NCBI RefSeq assembly: GCF_964355755.1
Contig: NC_092677.1
Location: forward strand, 5,168,101 to 5,232,100
Length of the DNA stretch: 64,000 nt
From: Antedon mediterranea
Taxonomy: Eukaryota; Animalia; Echinodermata
Direction: 5' to 3'
In this document: in pieces, positions 1 to 11,710 of the stretch
Layout of the letters: each line of letters opens with the position of its first letter
Numbering within the stretch: position 1 is the stretch's first letter
Translations under genes and position numbers: made by a program
The notes under the pieces: model-generated
Told to the model about the DNA's origin: nothing
The model's input: the letters and a program-made list of their open reading frames with translations, nothing else
The model's database searches: none

Positions 1-180
1 AGGGGCCCTATTATTATGCGAAAATGTCCCTTTCGGCGCTTCCCCTCACAAGAAGTGAGGTTTCCATAGAAACCAGTTAACATAAGCTTGACGTTATAAT
101 GCTGCTTTTCAATTAGTGCAAAATAGTAAATTCAAGTGACTAATAATAGGTTAAAACTATGGAACGCCGGGAGTGCCACT

Positions 181-535
181 TTCGGCGACCTTTTAATGCG
201 GCGACTGCTATTTCTTTCGGCGACCTAAGCATTTCGGCGACTTTGGTACTTTAATAGCGGCGACTTTTCCATGCGGCGACTCGGCGACTTTACCATTCAG
301 CTGCAACTTTTTATGCGGCGACTCGGCGACTTTACCATTCACCTGCAACTTTTTATGCGGCGACTCGGCGACTTTACCATTCACCTGCAACTTTTTTATG
401 CGACGACCCGGCGACTTTACCATTCAGCTGCAACTTTTTCATGCGGTGACTCGGCGACTTTAACATTAATTTTTATGTGGCGACTTTGTTTCGGTTGAAT
501 AACTTTGTCGGCGACTTCTTTATTTGGCGACTTAA
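181..535 (+). repeat. Subterminal tandem array (~42-bp unit ATGCGGCGACTCGGCGACTTTACCATTCASCTGCAACTTTT, ~4.5 copies, plus scattered CGGCGACT cores)
   Basis: Directly visible; explains the repetitive ORFs 208..423 and 271..498. Confidence 0.9.
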
Positions 536-759
536 GGATTAGGCAGCTTTGTTGTATGCCGACTAATTGCGCAACGATAACAGCTTAACCTTGGAAGGTC
601 ACGAGACATTTTGCAACGTCTGGAATGAAAAGGCTAACCAACTTATCAGGATCAAATTACCTCTCTTATCTGTTGTTGCATGTAGCGCATGCCAGAGTGT
701 TGATTCATTTAGTATTTTATTATTATTCATGTGTACATCTTTATGAAAGCACCTTCAAA

Positions 760-3700
760 ATGAAAACTAATTTAGGACATCTTCATGTCAATTTTGAAAG
801 AGAAAATGTAAGGATTTTTGTTTGTTTTTTATTTAGTAGAATAAGCTGGCCTCTATAGCCACCTATATCTCTACTAGGCTAGACCATGGAGTAAAGAATT
901 CTTTACTCCATGGCTAGACCTAGCTAGATAGGGAGGCCCTATAATATTAATAGGCCTAAGCCTAGTAGGCCCCTATAACTTGTAAGGTGTAGGCCCGGCT
1001 AGACTCACATTGTCACAATAATTGAGAAATTTAGTAGTAGTTAATAGTAGTTTTATCCAAATAAATACATCATTAATATCATTACTGGTGCCATGATTCA
1101 TGAAGGAAAGTTCCTCCATGTCCATGGTGGTAAAAACTATGTATTGTAGGCCTACAAAACAGAAAAGGTCCAGCTTTCTAGGTCTGATAACTGATTAATT
1201 AATGGGTAAAACAGACCAATGTAATAATAAATTTGTTTGCCTATTTAATATGAAACCTACACTCAATAAACAATCTTTTTTCATCAAATCAAAGCAAAAA
1301 TGTTTATTTAAATCATTTGGAGAAGCTAATTTTTTAATTAGCCCTCATTAGTTTGCTTATTGCATGGTGCATGCAAGTATTTGCCATTGATCAATTTATA
1401 AAAGAGGTACTTTATTCTCTTGTCATTGTCCTTTGTCTGCCATTTTTAAAAAACTTTATTACATTTCTATGTTTATATATTTTATAATTATGTTTTTGAT
1501 AGAAAATAAATATATATTTTGATTTGATATTTCAAATATTGTTTGAATTTGGGTAAGATAAACATTTTTTTTTAAATAAAAATTATTTAGATTGATACTG
1601 CAAACATTGGTTCACTAACCAACTCTGAACTTGACATGCTGGGTGTAGTGTCGATAGGAGATAAGCACAGACTTCGTAACAAATTCAGATTAAATGGTAT
1701 GTTTTTACTGTTTCAATTAATTGCTAGCATACAGTACAGATAATAAATACTGCAACATTGGGACGCGTAGACTACGTTTCGTACGCGTGGCAACTTCGTA
1801 GGTTTCGCGTGGCGTAATCTACGCAAGCTAACATGCTACGCGTAGTCTACGCGTAGCCTACGAAGCGAGAGCTAGGAGGGGAAATCCCAATGTTCAGATT
1901 ATTGTGTACTGTGCTGCATGCACCACACACGGAATTAGTTAACGAATTTGAATACTAGTTTTCATCAAATTTAAAATGCGAGTTAATTACTGTGAAGTAA
2001 TAATAAATGTATTAATATTAGTATTAATTACTGTGTGTTGTGTTAAAATGGGACATTTATTTTTATGAAAGAAGAACAAGTGTACATCTATCACCGACCG
2101 GCCAACGTACGGACGGCGGTCGTCGTCTGTTTAAATTGTGTGAAATGGCCTCCGACTAGGCCTAGCTAGCTAGCTAAAAAGGAGGGTTACCGGCGTACCT
2201 ACCGACAGTTTAATTTTAAAATATGTGGTACGCCTATAGTACTTATAGGCCTACTTAGTAGTAGTACTGTATGATAATCCATACTGTGTACATCGTCAAA
2301 TACGATGTACATGGCGTGAAAATGTGAAATAATGTGGTATAGCCTAGGTGACAGAAGGATATTTCCTCGATACGACAGTTTTCGCCGTGAAGCTGCTGTT
2401 TACCCACGTGTGTGTATCGCGCAGTACTACTCTACTGTCTGAACTATGTTTGTTTACTAGGCTATATAATGAACAATGTTTCGTTTTAAAATTGCGTTTA
2501 AATGAAATATTACGCTTATTTAGTACTATGGGATAATATGGATTGTTTAAATACTGTAAATGTCAAAATAATAGAATACAAATACGATATTATTTTTGTT
2601 CCAACGGAAATCGAGACGGATCACTCCATTCGTAATTCATTCGCCCAGTGTGTTTATATATCCACGTGTATTTTGGCTTTATTTCTGTTATATATTTGAA
2701 GTAAATGAACAAAATTAAATACCACATACAATATAATTTTTTTAACATTATTATATACTAGATCTGATAGGCAAGAGTCTTTGACCATAGGAGGACCTTT
2801 AACATCAGCATCAACGTCAGCATCTTTCAGGTATATTTGTCTTATTTTTCAAGGCATAAATCAACTTTTTTATTTTTGGTGAAAAAATTATCAACTATAT
2901 AGGGCATTGTCTCTAATGCTTACAACAAATATATTTTTTCAGCTCAATTTCTTATAAATACTGTAGTTACTGTAATTTTAACAGTTCTTTCCTATTTTTG
3001 TGTGTAAGCAAAGACTTTACTGGATAATCTGTATGGTTCTTATTTGTGTTATATTATTTTTTTCAGCCAGTATTGCTCTATTTTAGAGGAGTCAATTTAT
3101 CTGTCTTCTGACTCTGCAGAAGATGATTATGATGATGAAGACATTTCAGTAGCAATCATGCGCAGCTTGATGGATGAGAAGTAATTTTTATTTTTATTTT
3201 CTGTATGTGTTTTTGTAAGTTTCCAGCAGTGTTAAATCACCGAATGGGTACAGTATTATGCTTTTTCACGATCATGATCATTCTACATTTACTATTTTCT
3301 ACTCTAACTTTTGCACTGTTTAACAATATAAACATGTCCAATTATTATTATTATTGAAATTGTAAATTAAAAAAAATATTTTAATACATCTGCAGTTCCA
3401 CTCTGCAGTTCCACTAAAGATTTTTTCTGTTTTCCAGACCTACTACATTGACTACTGCAGAGTTGTTTAACTCGTTGAATACAGCAAAATCAGACAGCAC
3501 AACAATTAGTATTTTCAACATCTGCAGGACTAGAATTTGGGATGGAGCAGTAAGAGGCCTGAAACGGAAAACATTTGATCCAGCCAACCGGATTTCCGTC
3601 AAATTCACAGATTCAATTGGGCAGACAGAAGGTGCAATTGATGTTAATGGCCCTCGAAGAGAGTTTTTTTCATTAGTTCTTGACCACATTAAAAACAGCA

Positions 3701-6268
3701 ATCTTTTTGAAGGACCACCTACCCAAAGAGTATTGGCAATGAATGGCACAGGTAAGATACTAGTATTGTTTTGTGTTGTAAAAAAAATAGCAAATTCAAA
3801 CTGAAAAAAGCTTGCATACACAAAACCCTGCCCCTTAACACTAATGTGAATTCTCTGTAAATAAATACTGGCATGATGGGAAAGATTGTAAGTGTAAAGT
3901 AATGGCTGTATCATTGATTATAGTAAAGTAGGACTAATTACTGTTTTACTAGTACAACCATCCAATATGTTTTATGTATGAGACAGGTCCTTGCTGTGTG
4001 TTTAATGGTAAACGGTAAAGCTTCGTATCCATCTTTACACATATTATACCAGACTTCCGACCACCATGTAATTAACATTACATAAAAAACATACCTGGGG
4101 CAAAATAATAGTAAGTTGATATATATATTTGTTTTTTTCCAGCTATGGCCAATGACAATTACTTTTATGCTGGACAATTGATTGCTATGTCTCTTGTACA
4201 TGGCGGTCCATCACCAACGTTTTTTTCCAACACTCTGTACGAGGCCATAGCCTATGGATACAACCGTTCAACTGCTGGACTTGATGATGTTGGCGACTTA
4301 GAAATACAGTCAAAATTGATGAAGGTAAACATTTATTATTGTAAAACATTACTTGCATAAACTATCATAAAATTAAATTGTTTGTTTATTTTATTTGTTT
4401 ACTACACACATTGTATGCAAATAATATATAGTAAGAACACTACAAAGTTTTGGATGAGAGTTTGGTGTATTGGTTATGTATCCAGCCTCTCACAGTTGAG
4501 ATCGCTGGTTAAGTTTTTTTTTCGTTTTTTTTTGTGGACCTTGATCTTTGACCCTGACCTTTCAAAATGTAACCACAATTATATAGAAGATACAAATCTT
4601 TCTTTATTCTGGATATTCATTCAATATTTGTACATTGTTCTTCCTTGAAGTCCAGTTAACACTTACAAATTACAAATATAAACAATAAAAATGGAAAATT
4701 ATGAAAACGTTTTTAAAGACTACAATATCACAAGAAGCAAGAGAAAAATACAGTTAGATCAAATTTTTAAACGATTGCAAAGTTAATGAATTTATAGAGC
4801 TGCAAATATCTGGTGAAAGATTATTCCAGAGTTTGACTGAGTTTGTTGAGAATCGGATAAAAACTGTGGTCTCTAGGCTGTTCACAGACACACACCAACA
4901 TACAGGGGTGAAAATATAACCATCTTGGCGGAGGTCAAATATAGCTATTAACCATCTTTGTGTAATCAAAGAATGCTCTCTTTTCTGTTATTATTCAACA
5001 TTCTTATTTATAGAATTTATTTAATATCCAATATGCCACTGAGCATTTTAGATTTTCCAAAGTTCAAATGTACTTAATGTTCAATTCCAGTTTGATTCAT
5101 GCTTAATGTTTTTATTTCTGTCTAGATTCAGTCATCCACTTCTGTTGAGTCACTACAATCAGCTGTGGATGAGGCTGAAGATTTTTTGAGTTTAGCGGGT
5201 GTGTTAACACACATAGACTCGCTAGATAAAAAAAAACAAAATTGTGTCCAATGCTGTAAGATTCTATGTCCTTGACAGGACACGATCAGCCTTTGAAAGG
5301 TTTGTAAATTTGTAAGAAATTGGTATATGTTAGATGTTATTGAGAATCGTTATGCAAAGGTCAAAACAATCTGTAGACAAAATGGAACAATTTATGTGAT
5401 CATGAAATAGACCATGCATTTCAATTTCAACATCATCAAAATGAAGGTTAACGATATATATAATTTCAATTCAAATGGGCAAAAATTAAAATAACTGTAA
5501 AATCTGAAATATTGTGTCTACTTGAAAGGTCAAGCTCAGCATCCCGTTATTAGATTTCCTTGGCCTGACTTTCCTTAATTCATTCATTTTAAAATTATAC
5601 GCAAATTCTTATTTATCCTTTTTTTGTAGAATGCTTTCCGGGCTTGAGACACTTTGTGTCCTGCAAATTGTCAGAGAAAATCCTGTAGCATGCAGGAAAT
5701 GCTTCCTACATATTGAAGTTCCTGCAATAACAGCAGAAACGCTGAGAGACGTCTTTTTTGTTGCTTATAGCGAGAGAGGAAGCAACAAAAGAGCAAAGGA
5801 AGAGGTAACTGCCGCTTTCTGGTATGATTACCTGCTTGACATTGAAGGTACAGTGTGAACAATTTTTAAATTGAGCGTATGTATGTAATGCAATTAGTGT
5901 ATTAATTGAACTACAGTATTATGTTATTGTCTATTGTATCTTTTATTTAAAAATACTTTGGTTGCATGGGCTTTTCTTAACATAATGAAAATTGTCCAAC
6001 TACACCTGTTTCATTTTTTTTTTCAGAGGGAACAGTCCAATCTACTCTAGCTGATGTATTGGCTTTTTCCAGCGGAACCACCAGCATCCCAATAACGACC
6101 TTTTCAGAATTGCCCACAATAAACTTTTCGCACAGCGATGAAAAATTCCCAACAGCAAACACATGCAGTGTGGTGCTTAGACTTCCAACTAGCCACTCCG
6201 ACTACATCAAATTTAAAGAAGCTATGGATTTTGGTATCCTAAATTCGCAGTCTTTCGGCACAGCATAG
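760..6268 (+). CDS. SAM-UIM-HECT E3 ubiquitin ligase (G2E3-like HECT), spliced; one frameshift, so possibly a pseudogene
   Basis: Exons 760-807, 1591-1696 (NLGHLHVNFEREN/IDTANIGSLTNSELDMLGVVSIGDKHRLR, SAM-like), 2762-2830, 3067-3180 (DDEDISVAIMRSLMDE, UIM-like), 3438-3751 (EGAIDVNGPRREFF), 4143-4324 (YFYAGQLIAMSLVHGGPSP), 5126-5299, 5630-5847, 6027-6268 (FPTANTC with catalytic Cys, terminal SFGTA*). One extra A in the run 5228-5236. Exon 2-to-3 phases mismatch, so an exon is missing or lost. Confidence 0.88.
885..912. mobile_element. 28-bp perfect palindrome CATGG...CCATG with 7-bp TSD (micro-MITE)
   Basis: CATGGAGTAAAGAATTCTTTACTCCATG flanked by GCTAGAC at 878-884 and 913-919. Confidence 0.65.
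1754..1894. repeat. Small inverted-repeat element in HECT intron
   Basis: AACATTGGGA...TCCCAATGTT ends and an internal ACGCGTAGACTACG inverted pair; CpG-rich compared with the AT-rich intron. Confidence 0.45.
4430..4940 (-). mobile_element. Partial Helentron-like (HINE) non-autonomous element, same family as 59657-60226
   Basis: Reverse complement begins ACCTCCGCCAAGATGGTTATATTTTCACCC and shares long blocks with 59657-60110. Confidence 0.7.
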
Positions 6269-7037
6269 TATTTGTATAATTAGATGTAGCTGTAGTTTCT
6301 TTATAGTGTACGCCAAAAATTAAAGTGTGGAGCTCTATTACATCACCTACATCCCCTCTAAAAAATTTGTGCAAATCTTTGTTTTACTATTTCACATTTG
6401 TTTAAATAGTTCTTAGTTGCAATACATAGGTACCTTTCATTTTAAATTTCTATACCTAATGTTTGTTGTTGTTGTTCAAAATTTGAAATTGGTACAAGCT
6501 CCTTGTTTCAATTTGTTTGTATTTTTTTTCATTTTTAGACAAATGTAGATCTACAGTAGTATCTTTTATGTTGCTAAGTAGAGTGTAGCTTCCCCCATAT
6601 GGATTTATTGCTGTCTTTTCCAAATCAAAATACTGTGTAACATATTGCATCAATATTTAATACTTTTTTACCATACATTTTTCCATTTATTACAAAGTTG
6701 TTGTTGTATTATATGTACAGTTTATAAATTAGTCTAGTCTCTGTACAACTATGCATCATATTTTCTTTGCAATAAAAACTTTTTACTAATATTTGTTGAA
6801 ACTTATTTACAAACTTTCTAGTTAAGGTAATTACATAATACGTTATTCAATCAACAATACTTTCATTCCTGAATTTTGTATCTTTTAAGAGAAGCATAAA
6901 CAGGGATAGCAAAATAGAAAGGAAGTTGAGGGGCACTGGCTATTGATGAGTTATTTCTAAAATATTTTTATTCACTAACTTTATTCACAAATTTTGTATG
7001 TCAGGGATACTGTACTACAGTATTTAAAAAAAACGAT

Positions 7038-8934
7038 TTATTCATCAATAACATTATTACTGATGTACTGTAAGACATCACAATACACGTCTACACCATG
7101 CTGAGAGCTAGGTCTTAATGGGCTGATTTCTTCTTGTAGCTGATGATACACTTCATCCATCAGTAGATTTCGTGGCTCTTCAACTACTACATGCCCTCTT
7201 GCTCTTTCATCTAATTCCAGATCCGCTGCAACATGCTACCAAACAAAGAAATAATAAAAATCCATTATTTACCAAAATTTATTTATTTGGACCTTTTATT
7301 AATTTAGAAGAATTTCGAGGTTAATAATAAAGGGCAAAATGAGCTTTAGGATGTTTCGCCTCCAATTACATTTTCATCCAAAATAAAAATAAAATGTTGT
7401 CAATTACCTCTTGCAAAACATCATCAAAGCCAGTGTACTGTTCAACCTGCCCATCAACCCACAATTGCAAAGGAGTCTTTCTATTTTCCGTTCTTATTTT
7501 ATGGTTGATCCAACCATTAAACCAATCTTGAAGTGATCTATTAATTCTCGGAGTGAATACATATTGTAATGCAAACAATTGGATCTCATCTAATGTATCC
7601 AAATCCCCAGAGTTTTCCAAGTGGGAAAATAACTGATAAAAATACTGTTAACATCCTTGGAAAACGTCTCCCCAAAGTCTTTCTATTCTCTGGTTGTGGG
7701 TGCTCTTCCCAACTATTAGACCTGGTTCACCTGTAAAATGCACATTGCCAAGTTGTTGTAATATATTCAATTTTACTACAATATACAGTGTTAACAAAAA
7801 ATACCATAAACAATCAAGCATTCAAAATGTATAATTGCAAAAAAAAAAACCAAAACCGGAACTATAATGCTTCATTCCTATATTTACCTCTTTTTTGTGT
7901 TATGTACTGCCAAACTTTAACATTTTCTCCTCCAGCATCTGATCGGACACGTAATGGAAGCCCGTACATTTCAACTGCTTCTTGGAATGCTGTAAGCACA
8001 GTTGATGATCGATTGTTTGTAGAACATTTTAGGTATACTGGAAGACGACTATAACCATCAACGCCACCATGAACAACAAATCCCCATCTTAAAAAAAAAA
8101 ACCAAATTTGAAAATTCATAATACCCCTTTTACACAATTTTATTGGATTTTAGATTTAATATAAAAGAAAATGCAAATAATAAATTCTGAATAAATTTCA
8201 ATAGGGCTACCGTTTTACAAAATTACAATTAATTTATTTAAGCCTCTTTTGGTCAATAATGTGGCATGTAATTACTATTTTTCTTTTGAATTATTCTGTT
8301 ATATTATGTTTCAAATTATATCAAATTAAATAAAACTCTTTTGGTTTGAATTGAAACGCCTTTCTTAGTCTATCTAATCATCTTGTTTAAACCAAACAAA
8401 CCTTATTAATTTGTGGTTGCCATCAATATGCCAAAGGTGCTTAGGTCCTTCTACAGAGTAGACACGTCTGTGTAAACGTCTCCTCCTCCTAAAATCTGCC
8501 CCTCCACCATCAATCTGTCTTAATGATTTTCTCAGATCTTTTCTTGGTACAGTTATGTGTCTATGTTTTAAATAACCTTTCATCATGACTTCTCCAGTAT
8601 TTGGGTGACTCATTAATATAGAATGAACATTATCATCTAGTGTAGCTTCATCAATGTCACTATACATTCGAGAAGAAATGCCCAAACTTTGTAATCTTCT
8701 AAACACAGTTCGGCGGCTTACAGACAAATGAATTGCAATTGAGTTGACATTGTACCCAGAGTCAAGTAACCTTTTAATAATTTGATTGTCTGAATCACTA
8801 TCCTGTTGCAGATTTTCCTCCATTTCCATTACTCTTTGACATTCTTCTTTTAACTCTGAACATTGTTCTTCATCTTCAATTCCAAGTTGATGGAATTCCG
8901 CATCAGACAGTTCAGTAACTATTTCGATAGTAAT
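7038..8934 (-). pseudogene. Integrase-core (DDE) transposase, IS3EU-like, with N-terminal SAM-like segment and HTH; one premature stop; first exon not located
   Basis: Exons 8934-8402 (ITIEIVTELSDAEFHQLGIED; IAIHLSVSRRTVFRRL HTH; WHIDGNHKLI), 8087-7888 ([19 protein letters not shown]), 7730-7408 (GKSTHNQRIERLW) and 7235-7038 are all phase-compatible. In-frame TAA at 7650-7648. Confidence 0.88.
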
Positions 8935-11710
8935 CTACATAAATTCAGTAAATTGATTATTACCTAAATTAAAGTTGTCATGAAAAACTAGAAATGTATT
9001 AATATTAGCAATACTACAGGGCATTTAATAATTATTTTTCTATTTATAATGTTGTTTGTGGGTCATACTAATCTACACCAGTAGGACTTTTATGGTATAA
9101 AAAAACACATCAACTACATGTTTTTAACATGGTCAAAGGTAAATTTAATTTATATTTATTTATTACTATTGCTCTTAACCCCCGAAGCAAATCAGCCTCT
9201 ACAAATTCCCATTTTCCTCACAATAAACATAACAATTAACATTATTATTATTATTACTTGTATAGTGCACATTACTGCCATGTATTTAAGTACACAACAC
9301 AAACAGTTTAATTTAAAGAGATCAGATCCTAGGCCTAGTACACTATATAGTAGAGAGGGCCTAACTAAGGCTAGAGTACTAGGCCTCGCCTAGTAGGATG
9401 AGGGGCCTACTAGCCTAGGTTTACAGCCGAAACGGCCGCCAACTGAAACGGCCGCCAATTGAAACGCAATTAAATGTATGAAACGCCGCGTGTGCCGTTT
9501 GTCATACAAAACGACGTGTGGTTTAATACAATTGTTTTACTTTTTTTCAGATTGAAATGACTTTAGACGTATGTGACTTAATAAATATTAACAGATAGGC
9601 CTAGACGTTTTTTAATTATTTATGTATTATTATGTTTATCGTATAATAATGAATATTGTGTAAACATAATTGAGTTTTTTATATATTTTTTAAATGTAGG
9701 CCTATACAGTAAAAGTGTAAGGAAAAGAATTGGAATTGGACAAAATAAATGATAAATAATTACTATTATTATATTAAAATCTAAATTCTTCCTAGTACTA
9801 ATACTGTAGTAAACCTATATAGTTAAGTTCAATAAATGTTTAAATATCCTTATTATTAAATTTTATTCTTTTTTTAAGAATTAGTTTTTTAAGATACATT
9901 ACTTTTTTGTATTTACCGGTAACACTATTTCAAACAATTGTAGCGGTTTCGTTGCGGAAAATCATCATGTTCGCAATTAAATCATATAACATATAATTAA
10001 TAACAATTACGTTAGATAAGAAGACAACTTAGGGCGTTGACATCACAAACTCAACACAATCGATTCAACGCAACAATAGCGACTTTATTTACAAACAATA
10101 CACACACAGACACTAGCAAATGCTAAACAATACGCAACACGATTTTATTCAAAATACAAACGATGACATTTTATTCAGATTATTGTTATTTTAAATTGTT
10201 TACAATTAATGGTGGTCAAGGCTTTAATATTAAAAACAGATCATTATTTTTATTTCACATTACATTAAATATTATATTACAATTAGTAACCTTTATTAAC
10301 AACTGATTTATTTATGTATTATGAATCAAAACGAACTTTATAATTAATTTATTTCATATATGTACAATAAAATAGATTTCAATAATCATTAATAATAATA
10401 ATAAAATAATCAGATTGCTTAAATAAGTTAGTTTGCATACAGTAGATAGTAATTATAGAGAATTGATTTACACTTTATTTTTCAAAATATCTTAAATCAA
10501 ATATGTTTGTACATTAGCAAAGTTAATTAAATATTACACTATTTGTATTAGTGAAGTCTTGATTTGTATTCTAAGGATTACGTGCGTTTCGGCTGATGAC
10601 ACGGCTTGATGCTAACAGCAACGATCTTGCAGTTCGTGCACCTCTTACGTACTCGTCCCAGTATCCGTTCAATCGTTGTGTTGCAATGACGGCATGTCGC
10701 GACTGTCTTCGGATCTCATCCTCTCTAAAAATGAGCTCTGCATTGATGGCGACCATCTCACTCTCCTCGTGAAGAAGCTTACACAGCAAGTAGAAGTGAA
10801 GGTTCGCTGTAAAAGAGAACAAAACAATGTTAAATAACAAACTATACTAAAAACAAATGATGTTCAAAGAACAGAAAAAAAACTAACTTACCTCGCTTAG
10901 CTCTGTGATTGAGGCGTTGGTGGTAACCTTCCAAATCGTTGTTGGTGCGAATTTGCTGTCGGAATATCACCCAATCCATTGGACTGTAGATGTCACCATT
11001 AATCCAGTAGTCGTCCATGTAAGTCAGAAGTTCCTGGAGTTGAGGCGATTGCCCGGCGTTGCGTCGCATCCGTCTGAAGACAGCCTCCACATGTTCCACT
11101 GGTAGCGTCGGGAGAGCCATAAGTTGTCTGATGAAAAGTCGTGTTGCTGCTTGTTGGCGGTACGCTCTCTGCAGACCGACATCCTGCACCTTCCGAAAGA
11201 TTGCCTGTAAGAGAGAAAAATTAAATTGTTAGTTAAGAAAATTAAACGAAAAACGCCGAACAACGCATTTGTTGTACAAATAAAATCAATAAATAAAAGA
11301 CATCACATACCTGTGTGTAATGAAAAAGACATCCAGCAATTTCAACATTTGGTAGTACTTGGCGAATAGACTGCCATATGGATGCCTCATAGTCTGCCAC
11401 CACTTTCACCACGTTGTTTTCCGGCAACATCCGCATAACAGAGCGCAACACGGCCGTGTAGTCCACACTCCTCTTGCCTGACATCACAGCAAATAGTAGC
11501 GGTACTTGCTTCAACGATGTCCCCGTCCTGATAAAGCTGTGAATACTGAAGAGCTGGTAAAATGGATCTCTTATCAGCTTAAACGTACCGTCCAAGTACC
11601 TGTAAAGATAGTTTTAAAAATGTTATAAAACAAGTATGTACATTGTAATTTAAACAAAATGAAAGTGTACAGGGAAAAATTCTTACCACACTCTTGCTCT
11701 TCCCAGTATG

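Noticed and set aside
208-498. Repetitive ORFs on both strands
   Set aside because: Translations of the 42-bp subterminal DNA repeat; no coding signal
760-6268. Calling the ligase the host G2E3 orthologue
   Set aside because: Lacks the N-terminal PHD/RING fingers of G2E3 and has SAM/UIM instead, in a transposon context
8935-9000. Upstream extension of the transposase exon as the first half of the SAM domain
   Set aside because: An in-frame TAG coincides with a good splice acceptor; the true first exon could not be identified
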